A stretch of 64,000 nt of DNA from Candidatus Falkowbacteria bacterium (GTDB taxonomy: Bacteria > Patescibacteriota > Patescibacteriia > Patescibacteriales > WJLG01). The stretch is taken from positions 133,618-197,617 of the forward strand of contig CAVVFV010000010.1 of assembly GCA_963747695.1 (NCBI GenBank), given 5' to 3'. Each line of letters starts with the position of its first letter. Position 1 is the stretch's first letter. The notes under the pieces were generated by a model. The model was not told where the DNA came from. It ran no database searches and worked only from the letters and a program-made list of their open reading frames with translations. This document shows positions 26,295-34,515 of this stretch, piece by piece. The position numbers and the translations under genes were made by a program.

Positions 26295-26657
26295 CTATTC
26301 CGGTTCGTATAAACAAGCTTCGACGCGGGTTTTGCGCCGCGAAGACAAAGGCAGACTGGCGCTAGCGCAGGCATTGCGGAAGGCGCGGCGCAGCAAGACA
26401 GCATTATGACCTTTGCTTATTCCCGCTTCATAATGAGCCTTGATCGATTTGAGCTTGGCCATCAGGTTATCATAACCGGGCATTCGTTTGCCGCCGGGCG
26501 CTGATCTGGCGAATTTTTTTTCGGCCAGATTAATCAGCCAGTCGATCCGCCTGGTATCGGCGAGTAAAATATCCTTGGCCTCTTGGCCGAATTGGCGGAC
26601 GGTTTCGCAATCGACGATTTTCAAAAATCCGACTGAAACTTCCAAGGTTAAAGCCAT
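26295..26657 (-). CDS. Hypothetical protein (120 aa)
   Basis: ORF only; no family recognised. The C-terminal third is of low plausibility. Confidence 0.45.
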   Translation of the reverse strand: MALTLEVSVGFLKIVDCETVRQFGQEAKDILLADTRRIDWLINLAEKKFARSAPGGKRMPGYDNLMAKLKSIKAHYEAGISKGHNAVLLRRAFRNACASASLPLSSRRKTRVEACLYEPE

Positions 26658-26805
26658 TGCTAAACTCCTTCGTTGTGGTTAAGGAACAATTAAATTTTAT
26701 TAATATAATATTATTTATAGCAAATTAATTCCGCCCGGTCAACGAAAATCCGCCGCTTCCGGCGCTCTTCCCAATTCTTAAAATAATCTATATAATTCCT
26801 CTGAT

Positions 26806-27786
26806 ATGGAAATCCAAGAATTAAAACCTAAATTCATCGCCGCTTTGGCCAAGATCATTACGGCCGAGAATATCCTGCTCGTCACTCACGAACGGCCGGA
26901 CGGCGACGCCTTGGCATCGCTGGGCGCGCTGGCGGTTTTCCTGAATCAGCTGGAAAAAACCCAGACGCTTTTTTGCGCCGACCCGGCCCAGGAATTCTTT
27001 TCTTTCCTGCCGGGCATCGACCGATTAACCGCCGTGAAACCGGCGGATTTTTCCGTGTTCGACCTGATCATCGTTCTGGATTGCGGCTCGCTCTCGCGGA
27101 CCAAACTCACCGAGGAGATCAGCGGGCGGAATAAAGATCAATTTGTTATCGAGTTCGACCATCATCCCAAAACCGAAGATTATTCGGACCTGGAAATCCG
27201 CTGCGTGATGTCTTCGACGGCCGAGTTGCTTTATTATTTTTTTCATTACAATAATCTGCCGTTTTCCAAAGGAATCGCCAATTGCCTGCTGACCGGAATA
27301 CTCACCGACACCGGCAATCTGCTTTTCGGCGCCGTCACTCCGGAAACGATCCGCATCTCTTCAGTGATGCTCTTAGCTGGCGCGACTTTCCCTAAAATCA
27401 CCCGGCACACCGTGCAGAACAAAAGCTTGTCGGCGATGAAAGCCTGGGGCCGGATCCTGGATAATTTAAAATTAAACATCCGCTATAATATCGCCTATTC
27501 GGTCTTGACTTTCGAGGAGATCCTGAAATTAAAAAAACAATTCGGCAATGATAACCTGCTGGACGCGGCCACGGATATTTTGAATAATATCGACGGCGTC
27601 AAAGCGGTGGTATTCTTGCGCGAAGAGATCAAAGGCCAGATCCGCGGCAGCTTGCGCACTAAAGATAAAAATATCGACGTTGCCCGACTCGCCTCCTTTT
27701 TGGGCGGCGGCGGCCATCCCCGCGCCGCGGCCTTCCGCCTCAACGGTAGCATCGCCAAAACGGAAACCGGCTGGAAAATAATTTGA
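26806..27786 (+). CDS. DHH/DHHA1 phosphoesterase (NrnA-type oligoribonuclease / pAp phosphatase)
   Basis: HERPDGDALAS, VLDCG, FDHHP, GGGGHPRAAAF. Confidence 0.85.
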   Translation: MEIQELKPKFIAALAKIITAENILLVTHERPDGDALASLGALAVFLNQLEKTQTLFCADPAQEFFSFLPGIDRLTAVKPADFSVFDLIIVLDCGSLSRTKLTEEISGRNKDQFVIEFDHHPKTEDYSDLEIRCVMSSTAELLYYFFHYNNLPFSKGIANCLLTGILTDTGNLLFGAVTPETIRISSVMLLAGATFPKITRHTVQNKSLSAMKAWGRILDNLKLNIRYNIAYSVLTFEEILKLKKQFGNDNLLDAATDILNNIDGVKAVVFLREEIKGQIRGSLRTKDKNIDVARLASFLGGGGHPRAAAFRLNGSIAKTETGWKII

Positions 27787-27840
27787 GTATCTGTCGCCGC
27801 TTTGTATCCGCCATAATCTTCAAATTTTGCTAATTTTTTT

Positions 27841-27874
27841 AAAAATAAAATCCCGCCTGTTATATTAGGCGGGA
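27841..27874 (-). terminator. Intrinsic terminator after the 27896-28222 gene
   Basis: On the minus strand: TCCCGCCT-AATATAAC-AGGCGGGA followed by a T-rich run. Confidence 0.65.
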
Positions 27875-27895
27875 ATTACCTTTAGAAAATAATTG

Positions 27896-28222
27896 CTAAA
27901 GCGGCCGTTCGGCGATAACTATGCAATCCACCCAACTTAAGGTCGACATGATTACCGCTTGAGGTTCTCCGCTGTTCCGAGGATCGAATTCCTCTTTCTT
28001 AAAATTACCCTGCGCGATGAAATCTTCGATTTTCATGAACATCCAGGCATTTTTTATGCTTCTGACCGCCTCCGGGCAATCTCCGGAGTATTCGGCATCG
28101 CCCTTGAAAAACAGGCCGTCAAAACGCTGCTGATTAGCCAGCGGTATCTCGGCTACCGTCCCTTTATCGCTGATCGTGAAAATCGTCTGAATGCTGATAT
28201 CGAATTTCAAAGGAAAACTCAT
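27896..28222 (-). CDS. Hypothetical protein (~108 aa)
   Basis: ATG 28222 lies 6 nt after AAAGGGG; the track's TTG at 28228 is less likely. Confidence 0.5.
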   Translation of the reverse strand: MSFPLKFDISIQTIFTISDKGTVAEIPLANQQRFDGLFFKGDAEYSGDCPEAVRSIKNAWMFMKIEDFIAQGNFKKEEFDPRNSGEPQAVIMSTLSWVDCIVIAERPL

Positions 28223-28236
28223 TGCCAACCCCTTTC

Positions 28237-28941
28237 TTAAAACGTTTGTTTTTCTTTACGCCATTTTTTTATTTTATCATGATCGCCGGATAAAAGTACT
28301 TCCGGTACTTTATAACATTTTTTATTAATTGTCAAGACCTCGGGACGGGTATATTGCGGATATTCCAAAACGCCTGCCTCGGAATGGGATTCAGAAACCG
28401 AGCTTTCAGCATTGCCAAGCACGCCGGGCAAAAGCCGGGTGATCGAATCAATCATCACCGCCGCGCCCAATTCGCCACCGGTCAAAACATAATCGCCGAT
28501 GGAAATTTCCTCATCGATAAAATTCGCGACCCGTTCGTCCACGCCCTCATATCGGCCACAGATAAAAACAACTTCATCAAGTTTGGCGTATTCCCGCGCT
28601 TTTTTTTGCGTCCATTTTTTACCCTTCGCCGATAACAAAATAATTTTTCTTCCTCGCCCGCCGAAGCCTTGGCGTAGGCGGGTTTTTTTTCTTCTCTCTT
28701 CTCTCTTATCTCTTATCTGCAAGGCGCGTAGCGCCTTGATGATCGGTTCCGCCTTCATAACCATCCCCGCTCCCCCGCCGTACGGCGAATCATCGACTGA
28801 TCGATGCTTATCAGCCGTCCAATCGCGCAAATTATATGCTTTAATCTTGATAATTTTTTTTACAATCGCGCGCTTAACCATCCCCTCATTAAAATAAGAG
28901 TCCAGCATTTCCGGAAAAATTGTAATAATGTTGAATATCAT
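28237..28941 (-). CDS. trmD: tRNA (guanine37-N1)-methyltransferase, carrying a ~20-aa basic insertion
   Basis: IITIFPEM..DDSPYGGGAGMVM..ICGRYEGVDERV..SIGDYVLTGGE..YTRPE. Extra segment IRDKREERRKKTRLRQGFGGRGR. Confidence 0.9.
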   Translation of the reverse strand: MIFNIITIFPEMLDSYFNEGMVKRAIVKKIIKIKAYNLRDWTADKHRSVDDSPYGGGAGMVMKAEPIIKALRALQIRDKREERRKKTRLRQGFGGRGRKIILLSAKGKKWTQKKAREYAKLDEVVFICGRYEGVDERVANFIDEEISIGDYVLTGGELGAAVMIDSITRLLPGVLGNAESSVSESHSEAGVLEYPQYTRPEVLTINKKCYKVPEVLLSGDHDKIKKWRKEKQTF

Positions 28942-29049
28942 TTTTAGCTAATCAATCGGTTAGGTGCTTAATCGTTAATTCTATTTCGGATAAATAAATT
29001 AATCTTCCTTATAGCGCGCCTTGGAAAATTTCCGTTAAATCACGCAGCG

Positions 29050-29129
29050 TATCACCGCCGTTGGCGGGACAGGGAAGCCGTACCCCGCCGCTCGCGAGCA
29101 GCGGGGCTAGGCTTCATAGCGGAGTGATA
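29050..29129. repeat. GC-rich extended hairpin (GAAGCC-GTA-CCCCGC..GCGGGG-CTA-GGCTTC nested in TATCACCGC/GCGGAGTGATA)
   Basis: Nested complementarity read directly. No match to ncRNA families I know. Confidence 0.45.
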
Positions 29130-29224
29130 GGAAATAAGGCCTGCGCGCAGTTTTTCTTGTCCCGTCATTTTTGCGGGATGTGCTACTTTTTTCTAAAAAA
29201 AGTGGCAAAGATTTTTGATAATAA

Positions 29225-29287
29225 TGTCGGGAATAGACCCTCCCCGCCTCGCAGGGCTCGGCACCCCTCCCGAGGAGGGGACTTTTT
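29225..29287. repeat. CCCCTC-hairpin element (family E) abutting the ftsH stop codon
   Basis: GTCGGGAATAGACCCTCCCCGCCTCGCAGGGCTCGGCACCCCTCCCGAGGAGGGGAC. An inverted copy lies at 34422-34513. Confidence 0.75.
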
Positions 29288-31118
29288 ACGCTTTCTTTCC
29301 AACTATGGCTTCGAATTCGTCTTTTTCCATCGTCTCCTTAATCATTAAGGCAGAGACGATCTTTTCCAAATCGGCTTTCTTAGTATTGAGAATCTCGACG
29401 GCGGTCTTAACCGCGGTGTTGATCAATTTACCCACTTCGCCATCGATCGCTTCGGAAGTTTTCTCGCTGTAATCACGGCCTTCGCGCATCTCGCGGCCCA
29501 AGAAAACTAATTCGTCGGAAGTGCCATAGGTGCGGATCGGCAAGTTATCGCTCATACCGTATTCAGTAACAATAGCCTTAGCGAGATCAGTTGCCGTGCG
29601 CAAATCCGAAGATGCGCCGGTGGTGACGTCGTTGAAGATTAATTTTTCCGCCATCCGTCCGGCAACGAGTACCGCCAATTCTTCGACGAATTCTTCTTTG
29701 GAATGCAAGCGGCGGTCTTCCATCGGCGTCTTCAAAGTATAGCCGGCGGCGCGACCTCTAGAGATGATCGAAATTTTTTGCACCGGATCGACGTTTTTCA
29801 AATTATGCGCAACCAGCGCATGGCCGGCTTCGTGATAGGCGGTTATTTTCTTCTCCCGGTCGGTGATAACGCGGCTTTTCCGTTCCGGACCGATCAAAAC
29901 TTTTTCGATCGAATCGAAAATCGTCTGCATCTTGATTTCTTTTTCGTCTTTCTTGGCAGTCGCGATCGCCGCTTCATTCAAAAGATTGGCCAAATCGGCG
30001 CCGGAAAAACCAGCGGTGCGCTCAGCGATCTTTTTCAAATCGACATCGGCGGACAGCGGCTTTTTTTCGGAATGGACTTTTAAGATCGCCTCTCTTTCTT
30101 TCAAATCCGGAATTTCCAAAACCACTTGGCGGTCAAAACGTCCCGGGCGCAGCAAGGCCGGATCCAAAACATCGGGACGGTTAGTCGCGGCAATGACGAT
30201 AATTTCCGTTTCCGAATCAAAACCGTCCATTTCCACCAAGATCTGATTCAAGGTCTGTTCGCGTTCGTCGTGGGAACCGCCCAACCCGGCACCGCGACGG
30301 CGGCCGACGGCATCGATTTCATCGATAAAGATTATGCAAGGCGCGGTTTTTTTCGCTTTATTAAATAAATCGCGGACACGGGAGGCGCCGACACCGACAA
30401 ACATTTCCACGAATTCTGAACCGGAAATATGATAGAACGGCACATTAGCTTCACCGGCCACGGCTTTAGCCATCAAAGTTTTGCCCGTCCCCGGGGCGCC
30501 GAGCAATAAAAATCCGCGAGGAATGCGCGCCCCGATCTCGCGGAATTTTTTAGGAAACTTTAAAAATTCAATCACTTCTTTCAATTCTTCCTTGGCTTCT
30601 TCTGAACCAGCCACGTCTTTGAAGGTGGTTTTATTCTTGGCGTCCTCGCGGAATTCCTTGGCTCCTGATTGCCCGAACATCATCGCTTTGGAATTGGCGC
30701 CGGCCACTGAACGCAGCATAAAATAGATCAGCACGCCGATGATCAAGGTCGGCAAAACTATCGGCAAAATAACCGATAACCAGTAATTAGAGCTCGAGCT
30801 GTTCTTGACTGTGATATTTATTTTTTCGATCTTATCCGGAGTGACGCCGTAATTTTTCAGCAAGTCGGACAAAGATTCACTGTCTTCCTTTTGGACGATC
30901 TTCACCGACTTGTCATTAAGCGTCTCGGTCACTTTTGTTCCCTCGACGACGATAGAAGCCACATTGCCGTTATTAATATCCTGCACCAGAGCGCCAATAT
31001 TTGAATCAGTGCTCGTCGGCTTGCTCATCAGGTTACCGCCGCCAAACAAACTGAAAATACCGGCCAAAACGAGGAACACGGCAAAAAAGATAATAAAATT
31101 TTTAATTAAATTTTTCAT
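29286..31118 (-). CDS. ftsH: ATP-dependent zinc metalloprotease FtsH
   Basis: Two N-terminal TM segments, Walker [12 protein letters not shown] region, HEAGHA zinc site. Confidence 0.95.
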   Translation of the reverse strand: MKNLIKNFIIFFAVFLVLAGIFSLFGGGNLMSKPTSTDSNIGALVQDINNGNVASIVVEGTKVTETLNDKSVKIVQKEDSESLSDLLKNYGVTPDKIEKINITVKNSSSSNYWLSVILPIVLPTLIIGVLIYFMLRSVAGANSKAMMFGQSGAKEFREDAKNKTTFKDVAGSEEAKEELKEVIEFLKFPKKFREIGARIPRGFLLLGAPGTGKTLMAKAVAGEANVPFYHISGSEFVEMFVGVGASRVRDLFNKAKKTAPCIIFIDEIDAVGRRRGAGLGGSHDEREQTLNQILVEMDGFDSETEIIVIAATNRPDVLDPALLRPGRFDRQVVLEIPDLKEREAILKVHSEKKPLSADVDLKKIAERTAGFSGADLANLLNEAAIATAKKDEKEIKMQTIFDSIEKVLIGPERKSRVITDREKKITAYHEAGHALVAHNLKNVDPVQKISIISRGRAAGYTLKTPMEDRRLHSKEEFVEELAVLVAGRMAEKLIFNDVTTGASSDLRTATDLAKAIVTEYGMSDNLPIRTYGTSDELVFLGREMREGRDYSEKTSEAIDGEVGKLINTAVKTAVEILNTKKADLEKIVSALMIKETMEKDEFEAIVGKKA

Positions 31119-31128
31119 ATTTATTATA

Positions 31129-31208
31129 TGGCTATATTGCTATATTGTTATATTGTTAAGCGATTTAAATCGTTGCGTAACAATATGACAATATGACAAT
31201 ATAACAAT
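31129..31208. repeat. ATATTG-octamer palindromic element 10 nt upstream of the ftsH start
   Basis: TGGCTATATTGCTATATTGTTATATTGTT-AAGCGATTTAAATCGTTGCG-TAACAATATGACAATATGACAATATAACAAT. Confidence 0.8.
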
Positions 31209-31304
31209 TTTATGTAACGCCCATATCATAACAAAAATAAGGGTTTTGTCAAAAAAAAGAGCCGCCGGTTTTGATTCCGACGGTTCAGCTTAAAAGTTTA
31301 GTCA

Positions 31305-31586
31305 CTATTTTGTCTGCAGGGAGATTTTCCTGCTGAACGAATTGCCGCTGGCAATTATGGTGACGGGGTTATGATTCTTATCAACGGCTTTGATTTCGAA
31401 GGCCACTTCGTCGGTCTCCGAGCAGCCGTAGAGATCACCAACAAACAAAACGTGTTTGTTGATAATCTTGACATCGCTATATCCTTCTTCAACGGCCCGG
31501 ATAACGTTGTCAGACCGAACGTTTATGCCACAGCTTGAAAAAAACAAGCTGCAGAAAATAACCGTCAAAAGAACTGCGTACTTCAT
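31305..31586 (-). CDS. Small lipoprotein (93 aa)
   Basis: ATG 31586 follows GGGAGG. MKYAVLLTVIFCSLFFSSCG carries a lipobox. Confidence 0.55.
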   Translation of the reverse strand: MKYAVLLTVIFCSLFFSSCGINVRSDNVIRAVEEGYSDVKIINKHVLFVGDLYGCSETDEVAFEIKAVDKNHNPVTIIASGNSFSRKISLQTK

Positions 31587-31740
31587 GCTGCCTCCCAGAA
31601 GGTTGAATGGATTATAGAGCAATATCTTAATATTTGTCTAAGGCTAATTATATCATAATTAGCTAACTTTGTCAATATTGGCAATAGGCAAGAAAACCCG
31701 GCTTAAGGCCAGGTTTTCCTTGCTTTATATTGAGCGATGA

Positions 31741-33006
31741 TTATTCTTTTTCTTCTTTCTTAGCCTTCTTGGCCTTTTTCGGCTTGTCCTCTGAAGCTTT
31801 AGCGGAGGAGGATTTTTCTTCCTTAGCCTCTTCTTTCTTCTCGGATTTTTCTTCAGCCTTTTCGATCTTTTCCTCTTTTATCTCTTCTTTCTTCTCTGTT
31901 TTTTTCTTGCCGCCTTCTTTGACGACTTGCAAGCCCAGGCGATGTTCTTTGGGTTCGATGGAAGTGATCTCAAAATCCATCACCGTGCCGGCCTTGTAAA
32001 GTTCTTCGATCTTCTGACCAGCCAACAAACCCAATTGTGAGATATGAGCCAAGCCATGGATGAGCTCGTCGAGTTCGACGAACAAACCGAACGGATTGAC
32101 TTTGAGGATTTTGCCGTTCACCACCTGGCCGACTTTGTATTTTTCAGCCACGCCAGCCCACGGATCAGTCATCAATTTCTTGGCCGATAAGAAAATCTTC
32201 GAGCCGTTGATGTTGATGATTTCCGCCTTGATCGGATCGCCGACCTTATACAAATCTCCCGGATTGTCGATTCTCTTCCAGGCCAATTCGGAAATATGGA
32301 TCAAACCTTCCATGTTCTCGCCGAAGGAAACGAAGACGCCGAAATCGGTGACGGCAGTAACTTCGCCTTCCACAACCGCGCCGACCTGGTACTTACTGAT
32401 AACATCTTTTTGATTTTCGCTCCAGGCTTCTTTTTCACTGAAGATGATCTTATTCTCATTCTCGTCCAAAGTCATCACCTTGGTTTCCATATCCATACCG
32501 ACAAACGATTTCAATTTTTCCAAAATCTTGGATTTGTCGCCGCCTGAAACGCGGGGATAATTTTCCGGCGCCAATTGGGAAACCGGCAAGAAACCGGAAA
32601 TCTGGCGGAAGCGGACCAACAGGCCGCCTTTGTTGCCGTCGATAACTTTGACTTTGACATTGGTCTTGTCCTTGTACGCTTCGCGCAGAGTGTCCCAGGC
32701 TTTTTCCTGACCGGCAATGCGGAAAGACAATTCCAATTCACCGTGTTCATTTTCCAGATCGACCACCGTGGCGTCGACTTCGTCGCCCGGTTTCAAGTTG
32801 GCGTATTCATCGGCTTCGCCGTAAAGCTCCGGACCGCGAACCACGCCGACCAAAATGCCATTGATGTCCAAACGGACTTCCGCTTTCGAGGCAGCCAAAA
32901 CCGTGCCCCTAACTGCTTCGCCGACAGCCGGAACGACCAATTTATCTTTCTCCAAGAGCTTGGCAAATGCCTCCTGCTCCGGAGTTAAATTCTTCTTCTC
33001 TTCCAT
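31741..33006 (-). CDS. rpsA: 30S ribosomal protein S1 (four S1 domains plus a K/E-rich tail)
   Basis: Repeated G..V.G.V......G.FV....G..GL.H.SE motifs. Confidence 0.9.
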   Translation of the reverse strand: MEEKKNLTPEQEAFAKLLEKDKLVVPAVGEAVRGTVLAASKAEVRLDINGILVGVVRGPELYGEADEYANLKPGDEVDATVVDLENEHGELELSFRIAGQEKAWDTLREAYKDKTNVKVKVIDGNKGGLLVRFRQISGFLPVSQLAPENYPRVSGGDKSKILEKLKSFVGMDMETKVMTLDENENKIIFSEKEAWSENQKDVISKYQVGAVVEGEVTAVTDFGVFVSFGENMEGLIHISELAWKRIDNPGDLYKVGDPIKAEIININGSKIFLSAKKLMTDPWAGVAEKYKVGQVVNGKILKVNPFGLFVELDELIHGLAHISQLGLLAGQKIEELYKAGTVMDFEITSIEPKEHRLGLQVVKEGGKKKTEKKEEIKEEKIEKAEEKSEKKEEAKEEKSSSAKASEDKPKKAKKAKKEEKE

Positions 33007-33008
33007 AA

Positions 33009-33049
33009 AATTATAATGCTAATTTTCGAATGATGCGAATCTACGAATA
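33009..33049 (-). promoter_or_regulatory. Second copy of the ATTCG-triplet promoter/operator module, directly upstream of rpsA
   Basis: Minus-strand reading: TATTCGTAGATTCGCATCATTCGAAAATTAGCATTATAATTTT, then ATG. Confidence 0.6.
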
Positions 33050-33215
33050 TAGATTCTATTTAATCCAACAAAAAAAGCATTTTAACCCGCGCATTCTTTA
33101 GTTAGAATACCGAGTCCCCCGACCACCTTAAATCAAGGGTTTTGTTATAGGTGATAATGATTATAAATGACTGATGATATATTAGTATAAACCACAAAAA
33201 ATTGCAAGAGCGGAC

Positions 33216-34394
33216 CTATTTGATAAACATCGCGTCGCCATAACTGTAAAACCGATATTTTTTCTTAATCGCCTCTCGATAGGCGCGATCGATATTTTTC
33301 TTGCCGGCCAAAGCGGAAACTAACATCAATAAAGTCGATTTGGGCAGATGGAAATTGGTGATCATAGCATCGACGATCTTGAATTTATATCCCGGATAAA
33401 TAAAAATATCCACCCAATCCTTGAAGCCGCGTAGGCCCGCAATACTTTGCGGGCAGGCTTTTTCCTGCCAGCAGGCTTCCAAACTTCTCGCGCTTGTCGT
33501 TCCCACGGCGATTATCCGTGACCGCGGAACGCAAGGTATTGCGTTCCTACGATTTATTTCCGCGATAACCTTACCAACTATCTCTACCCACTCGGAATGC
33601 ATTTTATGTTCCAAGATATTTTCCGTCTTCACCGGCGCGAAAGTTCCCATTCCGACATAAAGCGTAATTTCCAAAATCTTCACGCCTTTTTTCTTAATCT
33701 TCTTCAAAAGCTCCGGCGTAAAATGCAACCCAGCCGTCGGCGCCGCCACGCTGCCGGCCTTATTATTAGCAGCATATACGGTTTGGTATTCTTGTTTGTC
33801 TTTTTCAATGATTCTCTCTTCTCTCTTATCTTTTCTCTGATTCTCTATATACGGCGGCAGCGGCACTTCGCCGATCTTTTCAATCGCTTTCATCAGCGCC
33901 GCGCCGGATTTATTGAATTGCAAATCCCAAGTACCATCATGATTATTCTTTAAAATGACGGCTGTCATCCTGAGCGGAGCGTCAGCGGAGTCGAAGGACC
34001 CCTTCGAAATTTTAGAAACTTTAAGTGGTTCCTCGACTTCGGCCGTGGCGGCCTTCGCTCGGAATGACAGATGTAAATTTTCGCTCACCCGGCCACCCAG
34101 TAAACACTGCCAAGTATTCGCGCTCAATTTTTTATGCAATAAAACTTCAACTTTCCCGCCGGTTTCTTTTTTCTTCGCCCACAGCCGCGCCGGAATGACT
34201 TTGGAATTATTCAATACCAAAATATCGCCCGGATTCAAATAATCGATGATATCAAAAAAATGCTTATGTTCGATCTTGCCCGTCTTCTTGTCCAGCACTA
34301 AAAGCCGCGAACTGTCTCGCGGCTCAGCCGGATGCGTGGCGATCAATCCATCCGGCAAATTAAAGTCGTAATCACTCAACTTCACGTAACGCAT
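33216..34394 (-). CDS. queA: S-adenosylmethionine:tRNA ribosyltransferase-isomerase, about 50 aa longer than typical because of in-frame repeat insertions
   Basis: YDFNLP..LIA..P...RD.SRLLV..; PLPPYI; GSVAAPTAGLHFT; IIAVGTTSARSLE; NFHLPKSTLLMLVSA. Confidence 0.9.
   Translation of the reverse strand: MRYVKLSDYDFNLPDGLIATHPAEPRDSSRLLVLDKKTGKIEHKHFFDIIDYLNPGDILVLNNSKVIPARLWAKKKETGGKVEVLLHKKLSANTWQCLLGGRVSENLHLSFRAKAATAEVEEPLKVSKISKGSFDSADAPLRMTAVILKNNHDGTWDLQFNKSGAALMKAIEKIGEVPLPPYIENQRKDKREERIIEKDKQEYQTVYAANNKAGSVAAPTAGLHFTPELLKKIKKKGVKILEITLYVGMGTFAPVKTENILEHKMHSEWVEIVGKVIAEINRRNAIPCVPRSRIIAVGTTSARSLEACWQEKACPQSIAGLRGFKDWVDIFIYPGYKFKIVDAMITNFHLPKSTLLMLVSALAGKKNIDRAYREAIKKKYRFYSYGDAMFIK
33963..34069. 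mobile_element. TGTCAT-terminated palindromic element (family B relative) inserted in frame inside queA
   Basis: TGTCATCCTGAGCGGAGCG..GTCGAAGGACCCCTTCGAA..GGTTCCTCGACTTCGGCC..GCCTTCGCTCGGAATGACA. Same termini and core as the intergenic copies at 55762-55871 and 56413-56523. Translated as ..RAKAATAEVEEPLKVSKISKGSFDSADAPLRMTA.. Confidence 0.75.
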
Positions 34395-34421
34395 AACTCG
34401 TAACTCATAACACTTTTTTTA

Positions 34422-34513
34422 AAAATCCCCTCTTGCCTGCCCCGCAAAGCGGAAGTGTGCGTGGGGGAGGGGTGACTCGCGCCGCGAGACGGGGAGGGTC
34501 TATTCCCGACATT
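34422..34513. repeat. Family E element (inverted relative to 29225-29287) between queA and the nuclease-like gene
   Basis: ..CCCCTCTTGCC..GGGGGAGGGGTGACTCGCGCCGCGAGACGGGGAGGGTCTATTCCCGAC. Confidence 0.7.
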
Positions 34514-34515
34514 GG

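Noticed and set aside
29050-29129. SRP (4.5S) RNA candidate
   Set aside because: The extended hairpin with symmetric loops is superficially similar. However, the apical loop is CGCG, not GNRA, and the conserved GGUCCGGAAGGAAGCAGCC-type motifs are absent.
29225-29287. Family E CCCCTC...GAGGGG hairpins as ordinary rho-independent terminators
   Set aside because: Copies occur in both orientations relative to transcription. Most lack a T-run after the stem on the transcribed strand, and they carry a conserved non-hairpin flank (CTTCACACACCCCG). A terminator or stabiliser side-function is not excluded.
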